In this document: one piece after another, positions 1 through 9,747 of the stretch | How positions within the stretch are numbered: position 1 is the stretch's first letter | How the letters are laid out: every line of letters starts with the position of its first letter | Source: Vulcanimicrobiales bacterium | GTDB lineage: Bacteria; Vulcanimicrobiota; Vulcanimicrobiia; Vulcanimicrobiales; Vulcanimicrobiaceae | NCBI GenBank assembly: GCA_038231455.1 | Contig: JBBRLI010000001.1 | Location: 388,988-452,987 of the forward strand | Direction: 5' to 3' | Length of the DNA: 64,000 nucleotides | Position numbers and translations under genes: made by a program | Notes under the pieces: model-generated | Told to the model about the DNA's origin: nothing | The model's input: the letters and a program-made list of their open reading frames with translations, nothing else | Database searches by the model: none

Positions 1-2397
1 GAGCGCTTTGCCTCAAACGATCTCGTCGCCGGCGGCGTGCGGTTCTATGCTGGGGCCCCACTGTTGACCCCGGACGGTTTTGCCATCGGCGCCTTGGCAT
101 TGCTCGACGTTACGCCACGGGCATTCGATGAAACCGCGCGCCGCGCGCTCGAAGATTTCGCGACGATCGTCCTCGACGAATTGGAGCTTCGGCGAACGTA
201 CCTGCGCGAGCATCGCGACGGCGGACGTCTGCGCTCGATTCTCTCCGCCTCGCCGCTGGCGATCTACACCTGCGATATGACCGGGCGCGTGCTGACGTGG
301 AACCCGGGAGCCGAAGCGATGTATGGGTGGGCGGCAGCGGAGATCATCGGCAAACAGCTGCCAATCCTGGACGATCGCAATCCCGAGCACCTCGCAACGC
401 GGGCGCGCATCATTTCGGGGGAATTGCTGCACAGCTTTCGTGCATGCGGCAGGATGCGCCGCGACGGGACGACGATCGACCTCAATCTCTCGAGCGCGCC
501 GATCCGCGACGAAAACGATGCCATCACAAGCGTCGTCATCATCGCAGAAGACATCACCGAACGGATGCGCACCGAGCGCCGCGACCATCACCGCAGCCGC
601 GTCCTCGAACTCGCCGCGACCGGCGCACCACGGCGCGAGGCCCTCGATGAAATTATTGCGATGGTCGAAGAGCAATTTCGGGGATCGATCGCGAGCATCT
701 CGCTTACGGACGGCGACCGATTGCAGTTTGCCGCTGCCGGCCCGGCCATGCCGCCGAGCTATGCCGACGCCGTAAATGCGATCGTGATCGGTCGCGATTG
801 CGTTCCGTGCGCGGTAGCGGCCTCCGAAAAAACGACGATCGTCGCCTACGACCTGCTCGGCGAACCGCGCTGGGAGCCGTGCCGCGAGAGCGCCCGAGAT
901 TTGGGCATCCGCTGCACGTGGTCGGAACCCATCGTTGACCGCGATGACACGGTGATCGGAACGATCGCGCTTCATTTTAGCAAGCCCGCCCATCCGCGCG
1001 AAGAAGATCTGCGCGAACTCGCGGACGCCGCAAACCTCAGCGAGATCGTCCTCGAGCGATACAGCGATCGCGACAATCTCGAATTGCTGGCGCTTTACGA
1101 TAGTCTCACGTCGCTGCCCAATCGCGTTCTCTTTACGAACCGGCTTCGCCAGTCACTTCAAATCGCCGAGCGTGTGGGGCATCCGATTGCCGTCGGCATG
1201 ATCGATCTCGACCGTTTCAAAGTCGTCAACGATACCTACGGTCACCGCATCGGTGATGACGTGCTCGTGCGCGTCGCGGCGTTGCTCTCGAGCGTGTTGC
1301 GCCCCGGCGACACGCTCGCTCGACGCGGAGGTGACGAATTCTTATTACTCCTTCCCGACATCCGTTCGTCCGCAGCGGCGCAAGAGATCGGCGATCGTTT
1401 GCGGGATGCGATGCGAGCCGAGCTTGGCGTCGAAACCCTCGATATCTTCATGCGCGCGTCGATCGGGATCGCGTTGATCGATCCGATGAAAGCGATTGGC
1501 TCGATCGACGAGGTGATCGATCGTGGCTTGCAAGAGGCCGACCTTGCGATGTATGAAGCAAAGAAGCGCGGCGATTCGATCGTTGTCTACACGCCGGATA
1601 TCGGATCACCGAAAAACTATACGCTCGAGCCGATGCTCGTTCGGGCACGAACGCTCGGCGAACTCGTGCTCCACTACCAACCGCAGATCGATTCGCGCAC
1701 GGGGACGCTTGTCGGATGCGAGGCGCTTCTACGATGGGATAACCCGCGACTCGGTCTGCTCTATCCCGGCGACTTTCTCAACTTGGCCGAAGACACCGGA
1801 CTCATCGTTCCGATCGGTGCGACCGTCCTCGAGGACGCCTGCATTGAAGCGGCGCGCTGGCATGGCGCCGGCGAGCGCATTAGCGTCTCGGTCAATCTCT
1901 CACCGCGCCAGTTTGAAACAGACGAACTCTTCGATGTGGTACGCGGGGCACTCGAGCGCTCGGGACTCGTTCCGGAATTCCTGGAACTCGAAATCAGCGA
2001 GAAGCTGGTCGTGGGAGCAAACGACCGCGCAAGCCACCTCTTGCGACGTCTCAAAGATCTCGGTGTTCGTCTGAGCATCGACGACTTTGGAACCGGCTAC
2101 TCGAACCTCGCCTCTCTGCACGAGTTCAACCTCGACGCACTCAAGATCGACAAGAGTTTCGTCGATCGCATCGCAGGAGACATCTCCGACCGAACGCGAG
2201 CGATTGAGATCATCCGAACGATCGCATCGCTCGCGCGGACGCTTGGCATGAGCACCATCGCCGAAGGCGTCGAAACGCTCGAACAGCGCGACATCCTCCA
2301 GTCGGTCGACTGCCCGATCATGCAAGGATATCTGTGGTCGCCGGCGCTTAGCGCGAGCGCCTTCAACGCTTGGCGTCAGTCCTTCGCGCGGGCGTAA
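1..2397 (+). CDS. GAF-PAS-GAF-GGDEF-EAL diguanylate cyclase/phosphodiesterase (5'-truncated by window)
   Basis: Frame is open from base 1. RFYAGAPL (GAF), WNPGAEAMYGW (PAS), RPGD I-site with GGDEF, EALLRW, DDFGTGYS and AEGVE are all intact. Confidence 0.92.
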   Translation, partial: ERFASNDLVAGGVRFYAGAPLLTPDGFAIGALALLDVTPRAFDETARRALEDFATIVLDELELRRTYLREHRDGGRLRSILSASPLAIYTCDMTGRVLTWNPGAEAMYGWAAAEIIGKQLPILDDRNPEHLATRARIISGELLHSFRACGRMRRDGTTIDLNLSSAPIRDENDAITSVVIIAEDITERMRTERRDHHRSRVLELAATGAPRREALDEIIAMVEEQFRGSIASISLTDGDRLQFAAAGPAMPPSYADAVNAIVIGRDCVPCAVAASEKTTIVAYDLLGEPRWEPCRESARDLGIRCTWSEPIVDRDDTVIGTIALHFSKPAHPREEDLRELADAANLSEIVLERYSDRDNLELLALYDSLTSLPNRVLFTNRLRQSLQIAERVGHPIAVGMIDLDRFKVVNDTYGHRIGDDVLVRVAALLSSVLRPGDTLARRGGDEFLLLLPDIRSSAAAQEIGDRLRDAMRAELGVETLDIFMRASIGIALIDPMKAIGSIDEVIDRGLQEADLAMYEAKKRGDSIVVYTPDIGSPKNYTLEPMLVRARTLGELVLHYQPQIDSRTGTLVGCEALLRWDNPRLGLLYPGDFLNLAEDTGLIVPIGATVLEDACIEAARWHGAGERISVSVNLSPRQFETDELFDVVRGALERSGLVPEFLELEISEKLVVGANDRASHLLRRLKDLGVRLSIDDFGTGYSNLASLHEFNLDALKIDKSFVDRIAGDISDRTRAIEIIRTIASLARTLGMSTIAEGVETLEQRDILQSVDCPIMQGYLWSPALSASAFNAWRQSFARA

Positions 2398-2468
2398 GCG
2401 AGTTTACCAGCGCGCTGGCTAGTACGGCGATGAGCTAACTGCCGACTCCGAGCTCTCCGATGAATTCG

Positions 2469-3806
2469 CTATCCCAAACCGGAAACCGTCATCTCGGCGA
2501 CGCGGAACGACGGCGAGACAATCGAGCTATCGAAGCGCAGGTCGTTTGCCACACGATCGATCGCCGCGAGCATGTCGATGAAGTTCCCAGCGATGGTAAA
2601 GCCGTCAACGGGGCCTGCAAGCGCACCATTCTCAATGAGCAGACCGCGCGCGCCGCGGCTGTAGCCGCCGCTTGCATTTTCCGTCGCGAAGCCGATCGTA
2701 TCGAGAACGAGAATCCCGCGCGGCGTCGCGGCGATGAGTTCTTCGAGCGACCCGTTTCCCGCGCGAAGATACAGATTGTTCACGCCGATCGCGCCGCCGC
2801 CACCCGCGTTGCCGGTGCTCGCAGCGCCAAGTTTGCGCCCGTAATACGTATCGTACAGATACGTCGTAAGAACACCCGCATCGAACACCGTCGTCGTCCG
2901 TGTGGCGACGCCTTCGGCATCGAACGGTGAGGTGCCGAGTCCACCGACAAGACGGCCGTCATCCACGATCGTCACGAGGTCCGAACCGATTTTTTCTCCG
3001 ACCTTGCCGACGAGGTACGAATTCCCCACCGCAACGTTCGATGCAGAGAACGCATTGAACAAATCGCCGAGCACGCTTGCAGCAACGTCCCGTTCGAACA
3101 CGATCGGCATCGTCTGCGTTGGCGGCGTACTCGCGCCGCACATCGCGATCGCCCGGCGCACGGCTTCGCTTGCGACAAACTCGGTCGAGTCGAGACTCGC
3201 ATACGAACGGCCGCCGGTTCCATAATACGAGATACGCTTGTGTTCGCCATCGCGCGCGACGGGGCTCGTTCCAAGCGAAGCGGATGTCGAGCGGAACGTG
3301 CCGCGGAAGCCGCGCGAATTGGCAAGCGCGGTTTCTCCCGAGCCGTCACCGATGCGCGAGCCGTTCGAATTGTCGATTCGCGCATCACCCGCGCGGATGC
3401 GCCGCTCGAGGTCGAGGATGTCGGCGACCTTCGCATCGGCCGTCCGCGCGCTCACATCGTCCGATGCGATCTTTAGCGGCAGTGCATCGAGATCGGTTGC
3501 GAACGCCTCGGGCAATCCACCAAATTCGTCTTCTGCAACGAATCGCGCCGCCTCGACCGCCCGTGCGCAAAGTTCCCGAATTCCCGCGGTCGTAAGATCG
3601 CTCGTCCCGAGTTGGGCGCGGCGCGTTCCGACAAAGACCCGCACCGAGAGCGAGCGCGAGCGCGACTGTTCGAGCTTCGTGATGGTCGCGTCGCGCGCTT
3701 CGGCGGAAAAACGGTCGGCAATCGATGCGGTTGCCTCGGCGTCGGTCGCTCCGGCCGCGATCGCGGCTTCAACCGCGGCGACGGCGAACGTAAGACTATC
3801 CGACAC
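2469..3806 (-). CDS. pmbA: PmbA/TldE family metalloprotease partner
   Basis: PFDAEG, GEKIGSDLVTIVDD and TIAGNF motifs, no HExxH, directly downstream of tldD. GTG start with GGAGG RBS. Confidence 0.88.
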   Translation of the reverse strand: MSDSLTFAVAAVEAAIAAGATDAEATASIADRFSAEARDATITKLEQSRSRSLSVRVFVGTRRAQLGTSDLTTAGIRELCARAVEAARFVAEDEFGGLPEAFATDLDALPLKIASDDVSARTADAKVADILDLERRIRAGDARIDNSNGSRIGDGSGETALANSRGFRGTFRSTSASLGTSPVARDGEHKRISYYGTGGRSYASLDSTEFVASEAVRRAIAMCGASTPPTQTMPIVFERDVAASVLGDLFNAFSASNVAVGNSYLVGKVGEKIGSDLVTIVDDGRLVGGLGTSPFDAEGVATRTTTVFDAGVLTTYLYDTYYGRKLGAASTGNAGGGGAIGVNNLYLRAGNGSLEELIAATPRGILVLDTIGFATENASGGYSRGARGLLIENGALAGPVDGFTIAGNFIDMLAAIDRVANDLRFDSSIVSPSFRVAEMTVSGLG

Positions 3807-5196
3807 GCGAACCTCCAACGATGCAGCTCGAAAGTTTGACCGTCGGCATGCCCACGCCGACGGGGACGTACTGCCCGCCTTTGCCGCAGGTATACGAACG
3901 ATTGGCCAAGCGCGCGTCGTTGCCGACCATCGTCACTTTGGTCATGGCTTCCGGGCCGTTACCGATCAGCGTTGCACCGCGAATCGGCGCCGTGATCTTG
4001 CCGCCTTCGATCAAGTACCCTTCGGCGACCATGAAGACGAAATCGCCTTTGCTGATCTCGACTTGCCCACCGGCAAACGATGTCGCGTACACGCCGCGAT
4101 CGACCGATGCGATGATCTCTTCGAACGTCGAGTCACCTGCGGGCATATGCGTGTTGCACATCCGCGGCTGCGGCATCACGCGAAACGACTGGCGGCGTCC
4201 GCTGCCGGTCGAGGGAACGCCCATCAGCGTGCCGTTGAGATGATCTTGCATGTACCCGCGCAAGATGCCGCGCTCGACGAGCACCTTGTGTTGGCCGGGC
4301 GTGCCTTCATCGTCGACCGCCAGCGAACCGCGTTCGCCGTGCAAATTACCGTCATCGTAGATCGTGACGAGATCGCTTGCGACGCGTTCACCGACGCGAC
4401 CGCTATAGAGTGAGGTGCCGTGGCGGTTGAAATCGGATTCGAGGCCGTGCCCGACCGCCTCGTGCAAGAGCACGCCGCCGCCGCCACCGCCGACGACGAC
4501 GGGCATTTCACCGGCCGGCGCTTCGCGTGCATCGAGATTCGTTGCAGCGATACGGCCCGATCGCTGGGCGATCGACTCCGGCGTCGTCGTGAGGAAGAAA
4601 TCGATGCCGGTCCGTCCGCCGTCGCCATAGTATCCGTTCGCGCGGCGACCTTCGTGCGTGCCGAGAGCCTGCACGCCGAGCGTCATGAGCGGACGGCGAT
4701 CGTACACCAGTCGCCCATCGCTTGCCGCGATCTGCACTTCTTGCAGCTCGCTTGCGAACGAGACGTTGACCGCATCGATACGGGCGTCAATCGCGCGCGC
4801 AGCCGTGTCGGCGCGATGCAGATAGTCGACGATGATTGCCGCGTCGATCGGGGCTTCATCGAAACGATCGTACATCGCCGGCACCGTGCGCGCGACGATC
4901 GCGATGCTCCGCGCCGGGGCGTTCGGATCATCGGCGATGAGCGCCGCGACGTCGGCCGCGGAGGCAAGCGATTCCGGCGAGAGATCGTCGCTGTGCGCGT
5001 ATCCCGAGCGCTCGCCGCTGATCACACGGATCCCCGCGCCCATCGTCATCCCAACGGAGGCTTCGTGGATTTTACCGTCTTGCAAACGGAAGCTCTGCGA
5101 GCGTTTCCGTTCGAAAAAGATATCCGCATAATCGCCGCCGCGGCGTAATGCGCGCGCGAGCAGAGACTCTAAGAGTGCGGGATCAAGGCCGGTCAT
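3796..5196 (-). CDS. tldD: TldD metalloprotease
   Basis: LLHEAVGHGLESDFNR, PRMCNT and CGKGGQYVPVGVG motifs. Start set at ATG 5196. Confidence 0.93.
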   Translation of the reverse strand: MTGLDPALLESLLARALRRGGDYADIFFERKRSQSFRLQDGKIHEASVGMTMGAGIRVISGERSGYAHSDDLSPESLASAADVAALIADDPNAPARSIAIVARTVPAMYDRFDEAPIDAAIIVDYLHRADTAARAIDARIDAVNVSFASELQEVQIAASDGRLVYDRRPLMTLGVQALGTHEGRRANGYYGDGGRTGIDFFLTTTPESIAQRSGRIAATNLDAREAPAGEMPVVVGGGGGGVLLHEAVGHGLESDFNRHGTSLYSGRVGERVASDLVTIYDDGNLHGERGSLAVDDEGTPGQHKVLVERGILRGYMQDHLNGTLMGVPSTGSGRRQSFRVMPQPRMCNTHMPAGDSTFEEIIASVDRGVYATSFAGGQVEISKGDFVFMVAEGYLIEGGKITAPIRGATLIGNGPEAMTKVTMVGNDARLANRSYTCGKGGQYVPVGVGMPTVKLSSCIVGGSRVG

Positions 5197-5206
5197 GGCT
5201 GCTTCC

Positions 5207-6661
5207 TCATGATGCCGCGAGTGCATCGAGACTGCGGTCGATTCCATTTTCGATCGCTTCGGTTTCGGGGTTGGCCGCGTTGACGATGACGGCAAAGGCG
5301 ACGCGCCCATGGTGATCGGTACTCACGTACCCAACGAGCGCGTTGACGCCCGCGATGTGTCCGCTCTTGGCGCGCACCCGACCTAAGGCTTTGGAAAGGC
5401 GACGGTAGCGGACCGTTCCCTCAATTCCCGCACGCGGCAGGCCGCGAAGCAAATCGCCCGCGATCGCTTCGTGCTGAACGCGTGCGAGGAGCAGTGCGAA
5501 GGTGATCGGCGCGACGCGATTCGTCGGCGCAAGGCCGCTGCCATCGACAACATGCAGTCCGCTCGTATCGACGGCATCGCGAGCGAGCATCGCGCGTTCC
5601 ACGAGCGCGCCGCTCGCTTCGGTCGCGCTTCCGCGTTCGGCGCCGATCGTGCGCAGCAACTGTTCGGCGTAATGATTGTCGGAGGTCACGAGCATGCGCG
5701 CGATCAGGTCACGTAAGGGCGCGGAACGATGCAGCCACAGCGCGTGCGCGGCGAGCGGGGCGACGCCGACGCGGATGTCCGGCGCCGTTTCGATCCCGCG
5801 TGCGCGCAGCATGGAATGCAAAACGCGGCCCGCATACGCCGGCAAATCGACGACGGGGCGGTAGAACGTTTGCTCTGCGCCCACGTTGATTCTGCCGTCG
5901 ATCGTAAATGCATTACGTTTGGGATCGCGTTCGATCGTGAGCGAGGTTCCATAACCGGTGAGCGCGTGTCCGCTCACGCTTACGGCGTCGCCCGCCGGTT
6001 CGACTTTGACGCGCGCTGCCGCACCGGGACTAGTCGGTTGCAGCGTGATTGCAACGGTGCCCTCGTCGAGGGAGAGCGCGCTTGTCCCAGCGGCGTATCC
6101 GTACTGGAGATCGTCCGGGTCCCATTCGGGATTAATCTCGCGCTCTGCGAACGCACTCGCATCCACGATCGTGCGACCCAGCACGCGCACGATTCCGGCG
6201 CGCGCAAGCGCTCCGGCACCGCCGCGCAAATCGTCGCTTGTGAGTGATGGATCGCCGCTGCCGACGAAATACAGATCCTCGATCGAACCGTCGCGCGGCG
6301 CGCCGCTCGAGAGAAGCTCCGTCGGAAAACGAAACGAAGCCCCGAGCGTTTCAAGCGAGGCCGCGGCAACGAGCGTTTTGAGGGTGGACGCGGGAACGAA
6401 CGCCGTGCGCTCGTGTCGACCGTAGAGCAACGTCCCGTCGGATGCGACGATTGCAACGCCGGCTCCAGCAAGCGGCGCTGCCGTCTGCGCGAGCCGTTCG
6501 CGCAGCGCGCGGCGGTCGCGTTCGGACCACACCGGGCTTGGGCGCGCGTTCGATCGTGGAATCGCCGCGACGAATGGCGCGACCGTGCGCGGCGGATCGG
6601 CCCGACGAGCGCATGCAGCGACGACCACGCAGGCAAGCGCCGTGGCAAAGAGGCGCCTCAC
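5207..6661 (-). CDS. dacB: D-alanyl-D-alanine carboxypeptidase/endopeptidase (peptidase S13, PBP4), lipoprotein
   Basis: PASTLK (SxxK), SDN, KSG and DGSGL motifs, with lipobox-like VAAC. Confidence 0.9.
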   Translation of the reverse strand: MRRLFATALACVVVAACARRADPPRTVAPFVAAIPRSNARPSPVWSERDRRALRERLAQTAAPLAGAGVAIVASDGTLLYGRHERTAFVPASTLKTLVAAASLETLGASFRFPTELLSSGAPRDGSIEDLYFVGSGDPSLTSDDLRGGAGALARAGIVRVLGRTIVDASAFAEREINPEWDPDDLQYGYAAGTSALSLDEGTVAITLQPTSPGAAARVKVEPAGDAVSVSGHALTGYGTSLTIERDPKRNAFTIDGRINVGAEQTFYRPVVDLPAYAGRVLHSMLRARGIETAPDIRVGVAPLAAHALWLHRSAPLRDLIARMLVTSDNHYAEQLLRTIGAERGSATEASGALVERAMLARDAVDTSGLHVVDGSGLAPTNRVAPITFALLLARVQHEAIAGDLLRGLPRAGIEGTVRYRRLSKALGRVRAKSGHIAGVNALVGYVSTDHHGRVAFAVIVNAANPETEAIENGIDRSLDALAAS

Positions 6662-9162
6662 TTGGTCGTAAGTTCGTCGATACGGGCCCGCATCGCTTGC
6701 ACTTCTTCACGCAACGTTCCGAGTTCCGTGCGCATGCGACTCACTTCGGCCGGGACCGTCTGCGCTTCACGAACGCGAATCGCCGCCTCAGCGGCATCGC
6801 GCTTGAGCCGACCGTCGATCTCCGTTTGTGCTGCACGGTCCAGCGCGCCGAGCAGACGTGCATCACCCAGCGCTTCAGCAGCCGAGATCGTTGAGTAGCG
6901 AATGAAGTAGGCCGGATCGTCGAAGAGCGGCGCGAGCGCATCGACGATCCGCGCGCGTTCGCTCTCGACGAGCGCTCCGGCGCGGGCGAGCGCTTTGATC
7001 GCCGCGCGCCGGTGCGGCTCGGCATGCACCGCACGCGTCGCATCGATGAGCGGCGTGAGGGCACTCGGCTCGGCAAGCTCCGCAAGTCCGCGTAGCGCTC
7101 CCGCGCTGATGGTCGAAAGCCACGACGCGAGGGCGCAACCGGCAACCAGGGCGTCGAACGCGCGCGGATCGCGCGTCTTTCCAAGCGACTCGTAGGCAGC
7201 CGCGACAACGAAGTATGAGGCGTCAGCTCGCATCGCAAGCAACGCATCGGCGACCTCTGTGCCGCGATAATTGCCGAGTGCCGCGGCGATCGCACGTCGA
7301 ACTTTGGGATGCGTGTGGCTCGTATTCGCGATGAGTGCCGCTCGAGCCGCGGGTGCGTGCATCGAACCAAGGACGGTCGCCACTTCGGCGGCGACGCCCC
7401 AGAACGGTTCGTCGCGCAGTGCGGCCGCGAGGGTTTCACGCGCAACGCGCGCGCCGTCTTTGCCCAACGCCTCGGCCGCGCGAATGCGCGCAGACGGATC
7501 GGGATCGCCGGTAAGGATCGTCGCGAGCATGTCGGCGGAGAACGTGTACGTCACCTCGGCCAAGATGTAGGCGCCGGGGTCGAACCGCACGAACGCGGGT
7601 TCGCTCTGGCACGGAATCACGAAGGATTCCAGGGCGCGCGACACATGAATTCGCGAGCGCGTCTCCGTCGGCAACGGTCCCTCACCGAAGTTCGGCGTGA
7701 AGCCGGTCGATTTCGTTGCAACCACGCCCACCGTTACATCAAAGACGTAAGCTGGTGTCTGCTCGTCGATTGTCTGCTTTTGCGCGATATCGAGCACGAG
7801 CAGCTTCTTCTCGGCATCGTACTTCGAGGAGATCGAGAGCTGCGGATGGCCGCCACGGTCGATCCACTGCGCGAAGAACTGGCGCAAATTACGTCCGGTC
7901 GTATATTCGATTGCACGAACGAGGTCGATCGTCTCGACGCTCAGCGTCGCGTTGTCCTCAACGTAACGGCGCAGCGACCGTTGCATACGCTCCCAACCAA
8001 GTTCCCCTCGCAGCATGTGCAACACCGCGCCGCCCTTTTGATAGAGATGCGCATCGAAGAGTTCGATCGGATCGCGGTACTGGTTGCACACGATCGGCCG
8101 GCGATAGCGGTCGCCGTCTTCGTGCACGTAGTCCGCGACCAAACCGTGGATATCGTAGCAGTACTCGTCCCATCCGAGATCCGCTTCTTTGAATACCGCC
8201 TCGAAGTAGGTCGCGAAACCTTCGTTGAGCCAGCCTTGGGACCAGTCGCGGCAGGTGAGCAGATCGCCGAACCACTGGTGTGCGAGTTCGTGCGAGACGA
8301 GCGGCTCGCTTGCAAAATCGAGATGCGCGCGTTCGTCGTGCAGCGTGCGATCCGTTTGCGTCGTCGCGCCGGTATTTTCCATGCCCCCGAATATAAAGTC
8401 GGAGACGGCGATCTGCGAATAGCGCTCGTACGGATACGGCACGCCGATCACGCGCTCGAAGGTCTCGATCATCTTTGCCGTTTTTCCGAACGACCGTTCA
8501 CCTTCGGCCTCACGTCCGGGATGCACGTAATACCACAGCGGGACGCTGGCCTGCTGTTCGACCTCGGCGAACGGGCCTGCGACCATCGTCATCAGATATG
8601 TCGCGTGCGGGATCCGCTGTTCGTAGCGAAAGATCGTCGTTGCGCCTTCGTCATGCCGCTCGACGAGCGCGCCGTTGCCAAGTGCAAAGAGCCCCTTGGG
8701 CACCACGATCGTCGTCGAGGTCGTCTGCTTTTCCGAAGGATAGTCGACGCACGGAAACCAGAATCGCGCGTCCGAGTCTTGGCTCTGCGTCCACACGTGC
8801 TGCGGTTCGTCGATGAAGTACAGTCCGCGTCGCGGCTGCTCGACCCGATAAGCGACGACGATCGTCGCCGATTCGCGCGCCGCGAGCGGCGCAGCGAACG
8901 TCACCACGAGCGCTTCGCTCGTCGAACGGTAGGCGAGCGTCTTGCCGGTCTCATCGCGCACGCCCTCGATCGTAAGATCGACCGCGTCGAACCGCAGTTC
9001 GCGCACGCCCGCGTCGATCGCCTCGACGGTCGTCGTGCAGACGCCGGCGAGGGTCTTGCGCTCCAAGTCCGGTGTCACATGCAGATCGATGTGGAGAATG
9101 TCAACGGATTTATCGGGCCCGTATTGCGGGCGCGAACCGGGAAGCGGAAACGAACGACTCAC
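6658..9162 (-). CDS. pepN: M1 family aminopeptidase with HEAT repeats and C-terminal coiled coil (cytoplasmic)
   Basis: GGMEN, HELAHQW...WLNEGFATY, YQKGG and HEAT-like repeats. Confidence 0.9.
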   Translation of the reverse strand: MSRSFPLPGSRPQYGPDKSVDILHIDLHVTPDLERKTLAGVCTTTVEAIDAGVRELRFDAVDLTIEGVRDETGKTLAYRSTSEALVVTFAAPLAARESATIVVAYRVEQPRRGLYFIDEPQHVWTQSQDSDARFWFPCVDYPSEKQTTSTTIVVPKGLFALGNGALVERHDEGATTIFRYEQRIPHATYLMTMVAGPFAEVEQQASVPLWYYVHPGREAEGERSFGKTAKMIETFERVIGVPYPYERYSQIAVSDFIFGGMENTGATTQTDRTLHDERAHLDFASEPLVSHELAHQWFGDLLTCRDWSQGWLNEGFATYFEAVFKEADLGWDEYCYDIHGLVADYVHEDGDRYRRPIVCNQYRDPIELFDAHLYQKGGAVLHMLRGELGWERMQRSLRRYVEDNATLSVETIDLVRAIEYTTGRNLRQFFAQWIDRGGHPQLSISSKYDAEKKLLVLDIAQKQTIDEQTPAYVFDVTVGVVATKSTGFTPNFGEGPLPTETRSRIHVSRALESFVIPCQSEPAFVRFDPGAYILAEVTYTFSADMLATILTGDPDPSARIRAAEALGKDGARVARETLAAALRDEPFWGVAAEVATVLGSMHAPAARAALIANTSHTHPKVRRAIAAALGNYRGTEVADALLAMRADASYFVVAAAYESLGKTRDPRAFDALVAGCALASWLSTISAGALRGLAELAEPSALTPLIDATRAVHAEPHRRAAIKALARAGALVESERARIVDALAPLFDDPAYFIRYSTISAAEALGDARLLGALDRAAQTEIDGRLKRDAAEAAIRVREAQTVPAEVSRMRTELGTLREEVQAMRARIDELTTK

Positions 9163-9204
9163 GGCCGTCGATTTGCCGATGCCGCCGGGCGATTCCCCTT
9201 ACTT

Positions 9205-9747
9205 CTAAATACCGGCACCATCAGAAAAGAGCGGCGGTTCGGCCGCGACGCTCGCGACGAACGCCATCCGCTCCAAGATCGCGATCCAGGCAGCGTCCGG
9301 AACGTGGTCGCGCAGGCGACGCGCGGGTCGCGAGGTCCGCAGCGCGTCTTGCGGCTGCATGCGGAAGCCGTAACGCCGGTTGGCCATCATTTTCTCAAAT
9401 GCCGGGCTGCCGTACTCGATCAGCCCCACCTCACGCGGCAATTCCCAGCGTTGCACGATGCCAGCCGCACACACGATGCTAAAATGCGTGCAGTACGCAA
9501 GATATTTTTCCCATTTGGAATCGCGCAGAAAATCAGCGCGCGAGGCCTTGATCTCGTAGATCCGGACTTGGCGCGTGTAACGGCCAAGACCGATCACATC
9601 GAACCGGCAGCCGCTGCCGTTAGGCGAGAACTCCGTTGCAACGTACGGATAGCCAACATCGGACATCCGCTGGCTTGCGAGCAGCCGCAGCTCCGCCGTC
9701 GTCCGCTTTGCGCCGGCCGTGACCGTGAGCGGAATGTAGTCGATCAT
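9205..9747 (-). CDS. MmcB-family PD-(D/E)xK DNA repair protein
   Basis: RFDVIG...IYEIKASRADF.RD.KW..YL.YC...ELP.EVGLI pattern. ATG overlaps the upstream TGA (ATGA). Confidence 0.75.
   Translation of the reverse strand: MIDYIPLTVTAGAKRTTAELRLLASQRMSDVGYPYVATEFSPNGSGCRFDVIGLGRYTRQVRIYEIKASRADFLRDSKWEKYLAYCTHFSIVCAAGIVQRWELPREVGLIEYGSPAFEKMMANRRYGFRMQPQDALRTSRPARRLRDHVPDAAWIAILERMAFVASVAAEPPLFSDGAGI

Noticed and set aside
2469-5196. tldD/pmbA as part of a RiPP cluster
   Set aside because: No precursor or modifying enzymes adjacent. The context is housekeeping.
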